DNA of 53,270 nt from Bigelowiella natans CCMP2755 (Eukaryota > Protista > Cercozoa), in assembly GCA_000320545.1 (NCBI GenBank), contig ADNK01000121.1:1-53270 (forward strand), read 5' to 3'. The notes under the pieces were generated by a model. The model did no database searches. It saw only the letters and a list, made by a program, of their open reading frames with translations, and was not told the DNA's origin. The position numbers and the translations under genes were made by a program. This document shows, one piece after another, positions 1 to 11,747 of the stretch. Each line of letters starts with the position of its first letter. The first letter of the stretch is position 1.

Positions 1-122
1 TAGTGTGTGTATCAACTCTGTGTGTGTGTGTGTGTGTGTGTGTGAGTTGCCGATGTTAACCGTCTTATCGCCAAATCTCCCCCCTGATTGCATTCCCTCT
101 CCCGACTATTTTTTATGTTCTG

Positions 123-153
<31 letters not shown>

Positions 154-210
154 CTCGATTGCTCGCTCGTGTGCGTGTGTGGGTGTGTATTTGTTGCTAA
201 TGGTATGTAG

Positions 211-270
211 TTCTCTCGCATCATCGCGTACTCAGTTGAGCAAGAATGCAATTCCTTCCTCAAGCGCAAG

Positions 271-304
<34 letters not shown>

Positions 305-525
305 GAGTAGTAGTACCTGTGGGGGTGGATGGAGGATGCTGCTGTCATCTTCGTCGCTTTTGGCTTTGAATCACCAGCAGAAATGACATCAGCTGGATTA
401 GTGTGCGTGTGCGTAAATATTTGCGAATATGGGGAATCTCGTCGGCCTCGAGATTGCGCCTCCCCCTCCCTCACCCACTTCCTGTTTCAGTCATTAGATC
501 ATGACTTGCTCTCGTTGTTATCGCT

Positions 526-556
<31 letters not shown>

Positions 557-832
557 ACGTTGATTTTTGCAGGTATTCGATTGGCAATCCATCTTCCAAT
601 CAGACGCGATCCCCATCCCCCAGTTCCAGCCCCTCGATAAGCGCTCCGTCAACTTCATGGGGAGGCTGGTACTACGTCATCACACAACAGCAGCAAAAAC
701 AACAACAATAATGATAATAGTACTCACGATTCGGAGCAATAATTGTCTCTGAAGGCTGGAATCAAACGACGATGACTGTCGGCCTTATCGTATGAAAAAG
801 CCATTATTTTGCAACTATGCTGCCACCCAATA

Positions 833-881
<49 letters not shown>

Positions 882-957
882 TATATACACATATGTGTAC
901 ACACATATATGTGTATTATATTAAATCTGTATCTTTCTCCCCATCAATCATCACACA

Positions 958-1003
<46 letters not shown>

Positions 1004-1377
1004 CCGCTCAGGTTCGCGAGCTCCTCGCTCAGACCGACCCCCGCAAAACGGTGTACATCGAGTGTAATCAAGGCTGGTACAACCAGCAGCTTAGAGAGGT
1101 AGTAGTCGTAGGAGAAGGAAGTGATTGCTATCGATGAATAATAACAATGATGATGATGATGACGATGATGATGATGGCAACATTGTTCCTTCCTCCTCCT
1201 AACCCCCCCCCCCTCGCCTCCCGCTTATGATCGTGCTAGGTTGTTGGGATCCGTACCTTCGACTTCTTATACCGGGGAGTGGGGGTATTTGGGTTGTGCG
1301 GTGTAGACAGGCTCATCTGCTTCATGGTAACTTAATGACGACTATTTCTTGATTTACACACACACACCCACACCCCC

Positions 1378-1413
<36 letters not shown>

Positions 1414-1675
1414 TGCATTTGCATCATGATGTTAGATGTATTAACTTACACTAAGTCATTTCCACCCCATTATTTGACCTTTTTAACCCTCCTCCCCCCC
1501 CCCCCACCTTCCCTGTAACCAGATCGTACGAGACCTGAACCTCTTGACGCGCACATATCGGAAGCAAATGGACTTCGCCCATTCGAAATACGTCTCCGGC
1601 CTCATGGTTGCTGCAATCGTAGTTTGATGTGTTTGCGTGGAAGAAGAAGAAGATAATGATGACGACGATGATGAC

Positions 1676-1711
<36 letters not shown>

Positions 1712-1735
1712 GTGCTACCACTACTACTACCACTA

Positions 1736-1776
<41 letters not shown>

Positions 1777-3231
1777 GCATGGGTACAGCCCTTCTTATCC
1801 CACCATAACGAGGGACAGAGCAGCAGCTATCATTACATAGCGTGCTCATCGTCGTTGTTGTCGTTGTTATTGTCATCTGGATACCAGGAGGACTTGAAGC
1901 CTGCATCGTCCATCCCGAGGTCTGCTCTCAAACTCTATGCGCAGACGAGGGAGAAGGTGCTGCTGCTGCTGCTGCCGCTTGCGAACAGTCACCCTCATTA
2001 CTGAATAATGAAGCTCTGTTTGAATATACCTCCTGTGCGTGTACATACGCCTCCTTTTGTTATTGTTATTATTATTATTATTATTATTATTAACAAACAT
2101 GGTGGACTACCGTCGGTTTGCGTTCTTCTGGCTTATTATTGGCTTCTCTTGTTGGTAGCTCTCGAGACTTCTCCGGTTGATGACGGGTGTTGTCGTGTCT
2201 GTGGGGACAGCGCAGCTGTTGCGTAGGCAGGTTCTTTCGAACAAGATATATGTAGTAGAAGTAGTAGTAATGTTACATCGATGGCGATGGTGGTGGTGGT
2301 GGTGGTGGTGGTGATGATGATGATGGGTGGGAGGCTTGTGAAGGAAATATGTTGCTTTCATCATCATCATCATCTTCTTCTTCATCTTCTTCTTCTTCCT
2401 CCTCCATTTGATTTTAATCATCAATTCATATCAGGTGGCCAACCAGCTAAACTTCCTCTGCAAACTCGACTCGAAGCTATTGTACGTGGAGTAGGAGCAG
2501 GAATAGGAGGAGGGGGGGGGGGGGAGGAGGAGTGATGCACGAGCATACCATACCGTAAGAGAGAGTGGTGATGACGAATGTTGTTGGCTGGCAGGTCTTG
2601 CTCGTTGTCGGCGGTGAACGATTCCCTAATCAAAGATGTGCGAGCGCATTATCAGAGGCCTGATTCGAAAGAATATCCAGCAAATCCTCTCCTCCCTGAG
2701 GTTGCAAAGGTCTGGAAAGAGGAGGAGGAGGAGGAGGAATACTCCCACTCGCTAGAATCGTCCCCCCCCTACCCCCGCCACCCCCGCCACCCCCGCCACC
2801 CCTAGGCAGAAATGTTCCGTTTTATTTGCTCCCCATTGTTGCGGTGATATGCTAGAGCAGCTGACGACGATGATGATAATGAATCTCTTAGCATCTTGAC
2901 ACTGCGGGATTTAACAACCCATTGACGAAGATCTACATCACAAGCGAACCGCTGCACGGTACTCACCCCCCCCCCCTACCCCTCTCCTCCTAAAGAACGA
3001 TCGTATGCGTTGATCGTATTATATATATATGTCATAAAGATATTTTCTCAAGTGCATTATCTATCTATAAAGGCCTGTCCTGCGTGATGTTCTTGTTTGT
3101 CCTCGAGCAACTGCAGAAGGTATCACGCTGCATTTCCTTAGTCTCACGTGATTAGAAGTAGAGTCTCTGAAACACCAGCACCAGCACCAGCAATGCAAAG
3201 ACAGGCATACAATAGAGCATATGATATACAC

Positions 3232-3294
<63 letters not shown>

Positions 3295-4634
3295 TGTGGG
3301 CTTCTCATGAATCGTACTAAGTCTATATGCAATTTGTCCCTCCTGATCTTCGTCACTTCCATCATCGTATCATCAGCTCAAGTGGAACAAAAAGATTAGC
3401 ACACTCACTGCGAAGAATCAACGGTATGGCGTGGTGAGAGAACGGGGACATCAGATTGATGATGATATCTTCATCAGCATAAGAAGAAGAAGAAAAAGAA
3501 GAAGATGATGATGATGACGAGGACGAAGAAAAGAGAAATGATCGTGAAACTTTAGCATTTGCGTGCGCCTGCTCGTTGATGTTCTTTCAGATGGAAGAAA
3601 GGAGTGGCCGTATATGATAGCTCTTTTTTGTTATAACATACAGAGATGGTGTTGACGGGGGGCCTTTGGTCGTCGGTGAGTCAGTTATTCTACGAATCCT
3701 CGCCGTCATATTAGAGCATCGATCTTACACACACATCTTGATTGTTTTTTTGGCTTGTTTCCCCGATGGCCTATCTATCTCTGTTATGACTCTGTGCTCC
3801 TCTGCTGTTTTCCCCAGTGTGATCACGATTCTCAAGCAATTTCACTCCTCCCACACCACGCAATTCCTTCGATATCTTGCACAGGTAATGTTGGTTGACG
3901 TCATGAATCACTGCCGCCATCATCATTATCATCAGCGCACCGCATTGTCGTCGGTGTTTCTCTTCTCCTTCAATTGCCCAACAAGATCACGCAATACGAA
4001 ACTATCCTAGCATATCCTTGATCAGCAAATCTATCGCAGAGAAGATAATATTCAGGAAATATACCGATGATGGTTTTTGTTGTAATAATGTGGTATTTTC
4101 GTTTCTCTTTTGATGCAATTTCTCCTGCATACAGTACGTGAATGTGTCGGTGAGCGGCGCAAAGGCTTCGCGAAATGGAAACCTGCCGGTAAGAAAGCAC
4201 GTTCTTCTCCATCATCGATGCTATTTATTATTTGATAATGTTGTCGTGAATCGCTCACTCCCCTCGCTCACCTCACTGACTCAATGCAATGGGAAAATGT
4301 AGACCAACGCTATCAGTGCCTTGCTGTTCTTGGAGCAGGTACATCTTAGTTTCTTCCGTCTGCAACGTCAATAATCTGAGTTGTTTGTTGTTTGTTTTCG
4401 CTCACAATGCGTGTGCCCTGTGCAGTTCTGCTCGTTCTCGAAAATCGATCGGAAGATTGTGGACAGTTTGGTACTTATTTCTGTCACCCGTGATAACACA
4501 CATATTTCGCTTCTACAAGATACATGCGAACATCTTCCAGCGACTAATAGTGTCCCTTACTCTCCCCCCCCCCCCCCCCAAATCACTTTCTTCAGGTTCC
4601 AGCTTACCTTCTGGATAGATTCACACACGATTAA
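211..4634 (+). CDS. WASHC5: Strumpellin / WASH complex subunit 5, C-terminal part (5' end lies outside the window), about 17 short exons
   Basis: Spliced exons read FSRIIAYSVEQECNSFLKRK | VFDWQSIFQSDAIPIPQFQPLDKRSVNFMGRL | VRELLAQTDPRKTVYI | GVFGLCGVDRLICFM | VANQLNFLCKLDSK | AGFNNPLTKIYIT | VITILKQFHSSHTTQFL | VPAYLLDRFTHD*. These are collinear with the recalled strumpellin C-terminus (NVEQECNNFL..DWQSMYQS..IPIP..LLKQFHS). GT-AG boundaries; TAA at 4632-4634. Confidence 0.93.
271..3290. repeat. Dense intronic microsatellites: (GTA)n, (TTG)n, (TA)n, (CA)n, (GAT)n, (CTA)n, (TTA)n, (GA)n, poly-C
   Basis: Directly visible, e.g. (GTA)n 271-315, (TTG)n ~527-555, (TA)n ~838-876 and ~1380-1410, (CA)n ~952-996, (GAT)/(CTA) ~1655-1776, (TG)(GA) ~3232-3290. 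Confidence 0.97.
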
Positions 4635-5114
4635 GTAGATGCTGTATCGATCTACACACATTATATATCATTGAAGAAGACGGTGAATAAAGCGCTATGG
4701 CCTAGTGTGGATCCAGGTTTGCACTGACTGCGTATACGTCTCCCAATAAAATGACGAATAAATGCGTTGTTGATTTCGTGAGCAGCGTTGGTATGCATGA
4801 ATGTAGTGATGGATAGCAAGCCTCATTACCATTTGATTTTGATAATAGACATGTTGTTACGGCTCTCCTTATGTAAGGCATAGATGATGCAATATATACC
4901 AGAATTTCATCGAATGACATTTGCGCTAGTCAGCTGCATGCAATATACAACACGCTGGCAGCTTGCAGGTTGCTTATTTGTGCGTACGACCGTACCGTAC
5001 CGTCCCTACGCATCGCCAAATGAATGCTTATATATGTTATGCTTCATTGCATGCCAATGCAAGCTAGCGGGTGCTGCATGCGCAGCCACATCTACTGGAC
5101 ATGGTGGAGTCTCA

Positions 5115-5515
5115 CAGCTCCGTCAAACCTGTAACGAATCGCCAGAACATGCATTTGAAAGCTTTTGCGCGCGACCAAGCGCGTCATGTGATGTGATGGA
5201 CATTGGATTTGCTCGCATTTCTTTGAAATTTTTCGTGCATGTCACATTTGGTTGAACACACGCGCAAAAGCATTCAAAATGTGGCAGAGAACAAACGCGC
5301 AGCGTGAATCCTCTGCACAACGGCGTGTGAATTTTCACACTTTGCGCGCTCACGGAGGCCTTGAAAATGGACATTTGGGTCAACATTTCGGTCATTTTTT
5401 GAGGTTTGGCCATCGGACAAGTTCTGATGACTTTTCTTTGACCAACTGCAACTGCCTACTGCTTCAAAGCGCTGCACTGTTCACAACCCCGTCGTTACCG
5501 GGTTTGACGGAGCTG
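5115..5515. mobile_element. MITE / non-autonomous TIR element, Tc1/mariner-pogo-like ends
   Basis: Left end CAGCTCCGTCAAACCTGTAACGA (5115-5137) is a near-perfect inverted repeat of TCGTTACCGGGTTTGACGGAGCTG (5492-5515). The ends are CAG...CTG and there is no credible ORF. Flanking dinucleotides are CA (5113-14) and TG (5516-17) where a TA TSD is expected. Confidence 0.8.
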
Positions 5516-5892
5516 TGCTAGTCTGCAAAATTGCACATGCGATGCGATGCTCGATCGATTAATGCGCGCTTGAGGATTGTCTCAATTTGCATCCACACAG
5601 ATTTTTTAGGCGTGATAGGCGCCGCGTGCTGGCGTGAGTGTGTATATGAGTATGGAATATGACGGTACGTACATGTGCAATCTCAACGGCTCGCACTTGC
5701 GCATGTCACGCATCTTGCATTGATGATTGATTAGTCAAAAAATTCTTTAACCAATCTTTCTAAGTTCGTATGGGTAGCTGGATGACAGTAGACAAGATAT
5801 CATATTAGCCCCACCCTGCTTGTTTTTCAGTTTCCATGCTGAGTGTACTTGCTGGCCCATCTACGTCGAAATTCATTGCATATTTTGGCGAG

Positions 5893-6906
5893 TTACATGC
5901 GTTGAGATTTCAAGCCTCCTTCCTGAGAGTCGTATCCTTGTGATCTCGCCCGTCTCCCTGAAGCCTCGGCCATTGCTTGTCTCACTTCTAAAGGCATTAC
6001 CCTGTCTTGCAAAAGCTGAGCCTGCAGTTGCATCAAACCTCCGAGAGTGAACACGAGCTTCTCTTTCAGTAATGCTTTCTTAACATCGAACCTAAACGCT
6101 GTCGTCGTTTCCACGTTCGGAATGTTCCTACAAGCGAGCTCAAAGTTTCTATCTTTATCTTCCTCGGTGACGAATAAAACGGATTCCCAATTCCACACCT
6201 CCATGAAACGGGCAGCGGCACTAGTTTTTGGTTCAAGCAAGGAGAGTTCATCAACGACGATCAAGTTGTCCTCCTGATACCGTGCAGCAACTGCAATCAT
6301 TTTCCCAAGCTTTCTCACTTTTTTCGGAAGTTTTGAGGTAAAGTCCCGTGGTTTGGGTCCATGCGCTTTTCCTCCACCCTTGAAGTGGGGGGCACGCCGT
6401 GTACCTCTACGCGCTCTACCCATCCCTTTTTGGCGGAATTGTTTCTTCGTAGTACCACGGATCTGTCCCCTCGTAAGCGTCTTCGCATGGCTCCATCCTC
6501 GCTCCTTATTGTCGAGATACACAATATTTCTGTGGAGGATGTCCTTGCGGATTTTCTGATCGAAGACTTCCGGCTCCAGCGGCACGATTGCTAATCTTTC
6601 TCCCTTCATATTGTGAAGCCATGCTTGGAATGTTGGTTGTTCGTATGGTGCACCTTCGCTCTCAAGTTCGGCTCCCAAGCCGACGGCCTCATCCTCTTCG
6701 CTGAGTCCTTCTTTCTTCCTCACAGCTATGTCGATACGGCGATTTGTCATCCGTTTGCCGAAGGAGCGTACCACCATACCCTGTGGATCAGAACGGTCAT
6801 GCTGATTATTTGCAGCAGAAAGGATAATTGCGGGCGCCGGGCGATGGATAGCGCTGCCCAGGCGCAGCCGTTTAGGTAGCCACCCCCCTGACCGCAGTGC
6901 GCGCAT
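5893..6906 (-). CDS. MRPL4: Mitochondrial ribosomal protein uL4m (bacterial-type L4), intronless
   Basis: L4 motifs IRKDILHRNIV, HAKTLTRGQIRGTTKKQFRQKGMGRARRG, APHFKGGGKAHGPKPRDF, KLPKKVRKL, ACRNIPNV. Arg-rich N-terminal presequence from the ATG at 6906 (MRALRSGGWLPKRLRL). Confidence 0.92.
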   Translation of the reverse strand: MRALRSGGWLPKRLRLGSAIHRPAPAIILSAANNQHDRSDPQGMVVRSFGKRMTNRRIDIAVRKKEGLSEEDEAVGLGAELESEGAPYEQPTFQAWLHNMKGERLAIVPLEPEVFDQKIRKDILHRNIVYLDNKERGWSHAKTLTRGQIRGTTKKQFRQKGMGRARRGTRRAPHFKGGGKAHGPKPRDFTSKLPKKVRKLGKMIAVAARYQEDNLIVVDELSLLEPKTSAAARFMEVWNWESVLFVTEEDKDRNFELACRNIPNVETTTAFRFDVKKALLKEKLVFTLGGLMQLQAQLLQDRVMPLEVRQAMAEASGRRARSQGYDSQEGGLKSQRM

Positions 6907-7333
6907 CACAACTTTGGGGGCAAACGGGTTTGGATCAGGAACTGCGTCTTGTAGAGAATCATTGTCGCAAATATTTTTCGCCTGCAAAGCTTGCGCGACA
7001 TGGAGTCCCTCAATTTTTTAGATCTCGACATTCTTCTGTATAATATTTAGTTAAAAATCATAGGCCATTCGCGATATTTCGCTATTTCTTTAGCTGAAGC
7101 TTCTGAGAGGGTAAAAATTCCCGCGATTATGCAGATGCTGGGCGACGATCACCACGTGATGATACGTCGTCTGGCTAAGTATGTAAAAATGCAATTTATT
7201 TTTTTAATGCGACAATCCATAAATGGAAATATATGTAAAAATAAACGGTATTCAGTATGACAACTAATCTTGTGAACTAGATACAAATCGCACACACGTA
7301 TCCAACACACACGCAATCTGGCAACTACACATT

Positions 7334-7957
7334 ATGGCTGAGAGGTACAACTAGTGTGGATTCAGAACTCTTGCAACACACTTATAGTTTGCGGGAGAAT
7401 GTGCAGGACATGCGCTGTACGTATTTGGCATGGTATGTGATATTTATGTTGAAATTTGTTTGGTCAGACCGGCAAAGAAACAGCGCAGCAGTATGGTGAA
7501 TTGGCGTGACGCGAAGGAGGCAAGACCTGAGATGGAGAAGCACTTCAAGACATTGGCTGCCCAATTTGTAAAGTACATCCAGGATTCGTACGAATGGCCT
7601 GATGTTGGGGTGGAGCGTTTGGAGAAAATGCTCGATTATACCGTGCCAGGCGGCAAGTATAATCGTGGCCTTCTGTGCATCTGGACAGCCATCGACACCT
7701 GTAAGATGAATGGCAAAGAATTTGACGAGAAGACTGAGCTTCTATCAGTTGTGCTGGCCTGGTGCGTCGAAATTTTGCAGGTCCATAAATTCTTTTCAAA
7801 AAACATCTCACTGTGAAGATTCAGTTATGTGTTGGGTGTGGCAGGCTTGCTTTCTGGTTTCCGACGATGTTATGGACTCATCTGTGACCCGAAGAGGAAA
7901 GCCGTGCTGGTATAAGATTCCTGAAGTCGGAATGGGTGCGACAAGCTATCATACATA

Positions 7958-7993
<36 letters not shown>

Positions 7994-8961
7994 AATGGTG
8001 ATGATAATGATGATTGCGATACTTACGATGTACGTAACAACTCAGATGCGGTAAACGACGCTCTGATTCTCGAGTCCTTCCTCTTTTTCTTGATTGAAAA
8101 GTATTTCTCTGGAGAGCAGTACGTAGCTCTCATGAAGCTCTTCCATGATGTCAGCCTGAAAACACAAATGGGGCAGGTCGGCAGCAGATAAATTTACAAA
8201 CAATATTCACGTTAAATTATAGTTTTGAAAGTCCTAGTTTTGCGAATCGGTATGCCGCACGAAAAACATACCCATCAGAAAAATGAGGGTTCATTCTGTG
8301 GTCTTTATGATTGAGAATTATTAATTTAATCAACCAAAATCTTCTTCGTCATCCTCCTTCAAATTGCGAGACTAAATCGACCATGCTGTGTATCAACCAG
8401 ATGCTGGATACCATGTCTGAGAAGGCCAAGGGAAAGGCAGGCATTTTCGACAAGTTTAATATGAAGTACTACACCCGTATCATCACCTACAAAACGGCCT
8501 TCTACTCTTTCTACCTCCCGGCAGCATCAGCCTTGATTGCTTGCAACATCGTCGATTCGAACGCTCTGAAGGCATGCGAAGAAATTTGCGTGGCCATGGG
8601 AGTAAAATTCCAGATTCAAGACGACTACTTGGATTGCTACGGTGACCCAGAACACATAGGGAAGGTTGGAACAGATATCTTCGACCACAAGTGCACATGG
8701 CTGCTTGTCATTGCACTACAAATGATGAATGAAGGCCAGAGGAAAACACTGGAAGCTAACTACGGCAACGGCATTGAGGACAAGAAAGCTGAGCAAACGA
8801 TCAAAGAGCTTTACAAGGAGCTCGATCTTGAGAAGGTCTATGAGAAGCAAGAGGCTGATAGCCTCCAGCAGTGCACAGCTCTCATCCAGAAGTACTCAAA
8901 GATTCTCCCCGCTGAAACCTTCGATCGCCTCCTTAAGAAAATACACAAACGCTCAAAGTAA
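7334..8961 (+). CDS. FPPS: Farnesyl diphosphate synthase (trans-prenyltransferase), 5 exons
   Basis: [78 protein letters not shown], basic C-terminus KIHKRSK*. A micro first exon ATGGCTGAGAG|gt at 7334 joins in frame to the exon starting ~7468. Confidence 0.96.
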
Positions 8962-10236
8962 ACTGCTTCAACGATTTCAATCTTCGCACTCAAAGGGCAG
9001 CAGGTGGTGTGTCCATTATATCGAAGAAACATTAGTGCAGAAGAAGAGAGGAGTTCTCACAGAAATGATTTTGTAAACTTTCAGTGGTACAATCTTTCAT
9101 CATTGCGATGAGTAGCTTAAATAAGTAAGATATTAGCACACTGGTGTATGAAAGTGTGGCAACAGATGCAATGTATTAGGTTCACTAGCTATATATAGCT
9201 TATTTATATTGGCTTGCAACGGCTATACTCTCTCTGACTGTTGCTAATGCGAAATGAATATCGAATACCACCGCTAAGTAATAGCAACAATGGCTATGTC
9301 TGCTAGGCTATATGTGCAACGTTCCTTGCCGCGCCAACAATTCTCTACATGTATAATATTACTCCCCTCACGTATCTTGACAGACAATTGCGCACTCAGT
9401 CAGTTCATTACCAGCCTGTCTCACACACATCGCGACGTAACGGCCTATTGTTATGTAGCAGGCGTGCACAGCATGTCGCATATAAGGCCATGCATGACTG
9501 TAGCAAGCATGTAGATATATTTATGTGTAGCAGTGCCATCGCATATACGCAAATTAAGATTGCTTTGTTCTAGAATACATGCATAAGAACGTGCGCAGCA
9601 CCATATAACCAAATATTGAGTTACATGAATGTGCAAAATGATGTAAAATAATGAGCGTCATGCGTACGCTGACATGAAGTTCGTCACTGCACTGCCGCAT
9701 CCACATTGTTACGCGTACAATGAAAGATCAAGCCACCATTGCATGCTCTGAGGCAAGTGACATCATCACAGATGTGAGAGAAGGCTGCGATGCTGTATCT
9801 ACGTGCGTATATAGTTATGGTGAATAAGACGGCAGCCGTAAGCGACGCTGGCGGCGGGTGACGTATGTATGTGCTATGCTAGCATGGTCTTGCGCTATGT
9901 GACAACTGACAATGCAGGTATGCACAATAATGCAAATATGCATACGCACGGCGTGTGGTTCCACCCAGCACACAAGCGTGGTATGAAAGCAATGTTAGAA
10001 TGTGTGCGCTATTAAGCAATCGCCTTCTGGAATGCGTACAACCTTTGCATGTAACTAGCACCGTACCTACAACCCACAGCACATAGCATGTACTGCACAC
10101 ACGCTCATAGAGCGCCGCGTAATCTTGTCATAATTTTATTATATTAATCATTCTACATGTTGTGAATAACTACAAGCTACATCTATGAACACGATGCTCT
10201 CTCCGGTATATTTGACTTTATTTGCAGATTGAATAC

Positions 10237-11747
10237 TCAGTATGTAGACACGGATTGCACCAGCAGCTCCATTTCTCCTGGTCTAAAGTTCCGATTAAGC
10301 TTTCCATCGTACGCGTATTTTGATAGGACCAGTTGTATTGCCCAGATTTGGGATTTATCTAATGACTCACCTGGATGAAATCGCAAAAATAATATGAACG
10401 AGCATCGAATCCTGATGTCACCTTAGCGACCTGAGTACTTGATAGCGAAGGTGTAAACTGAAAAAACTGGTTGATATTAGAAGAATACCTGTCAGCGTGT
10501 CTGCATACTTTGTCGCTACGAATTTGCTGAAGGGAAGGTCGATCGTTTGCCAGTTGTTACTACCGAAGGGACCACCTCCTCGTTTCAAGGAGTCGCGTAC
10601 ATCGTATTCAATTGTCCAGGCTACTCCATTGAAATCAGAGGAGTCACGGATGACACACTTGTATCTAGAACGTTGCGAAACGATGCGAGGGGAGGAAATG
10701 TGCATGAGAGACAGGATGTTAATGGGTTGAATTTTGTACCACTTATCCCCATTGTGTTACCTTGTATTTTATCTCCAAAATCATCATAACTAATATTATC
10801 ACTGACCGCTTGCCATCGCCTTTCACTCGGAGCCTTAATCCTGTTGCGCTTGAAAGGTCAAGGGCTCTGTCAAGAGGCAACGTGCGGACACCTGTCGAAT
10901 CGTAGCAGGAAACAGACGTAATAGAGAGATAGATAGATAGAGATAGATAGATAGAGAGAAACGCAGAAATGCCTGTGATTTTGTGATCATGAAAGGAGTT
11001 AACATCAAACCTGTAAATCCCCCGTTGTTTGCCTCGTCTACAAACCCTGAAAAGCGGGCGTATTCGTCCCCCACGACGAATGTACTACGACTTACCCCTC
11101 CCACTGTGGATATGGTAGAGTCGATATGAACAATATGTGGCAAGATTAGAAGACTAATTCTGTAATCAGCGATACACAAGCTATGATTTCTATCACATAA
11201 CTGACAACGTCGTCGAGAGATGCCCAATAGATTTTCAACGGGTTTTTAGCATTCCAAATGTCCTGTAAGGGGATGAATTCGTTACGTACTTAATCAGCGT
11301 TCCGCAGCGGTGGGACATACCCTACCTGGTTCTTCCCGACCACAACTCTCTCATCATCGCTAGCTCCGATCGCTTTTTCTATCAACTTCCTAGGAGATGC
11401 TGAAACAGGTACATAAAACGTCCAATTAGTCGGCAAACTCGCCATCCGACGGGAGTGAGGGAACGAATGTAGCACTTACGAAGTGGGTTGAAAGTAGCCA
11501 CAGTTTGAATAAATCGGGGGAAATCCCATGTTTTTTTCTCTTTCGAAGCCTCAGCTGTCACAACTACATTGCGCTGTGACATTGTTGGGGGATAGGCACT
11601 TAGAGGGCGCTGCAGGCATACAGACGTTCCTCTTGCCACGTTCGAAGGTTTCTTCGCATTTGTCGAGATGATGCAATTGATGAGCAGGAGGCCCAAAGTC
11701 ACGAATACCACAAAAGGTAAAAACTTCAAAACTCTTGAGTTTCGCAT
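10237..11747 (-). CDS. CIA30-domain protein with bipartite (signal + transit) leader, probably plastid-targeted
   Basis: Spliced product: hydrophobic leader (FLPFVVFVTLGLLLINCIIS), WDFPRFIQTVATFNPL, WASLDDVV(M)GGVSRSTF, FSGFVDEANNGGFTGVRT, LRLRVKGDGKRYKCVIRD, WQTIDLPFSKF, IQLVLSKYAYDGKLNRNF. These are the recalled CIA30 motifs of plant/cyanobacterial homologs. Confidence 0.85.

Noticed and set aside
5-3400. Many 60-110 aa ORFs with poly-L, -Y, -H, -V, HT or CV runs (also at 30.8-41.3 kb and 52-53 kb)
   Set aside because: They are translations of intronic microsatellites or antisense frames of real exons.
5115-5515. CpG-methylation decay or fungal-type RIP as the cause of the CA/TG excess
   Set aside because: CpG is retained and TpA is lost; these processes would deplete CpG/CpA and, for RIP, increase TpA.
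6907-6987. 27-codon N-terminal extension of the uL4 ORF in the track
   Set aside because: It starts at a non-ATG codon. The first ATG (6906) begins a typical mitochondrial presequence.
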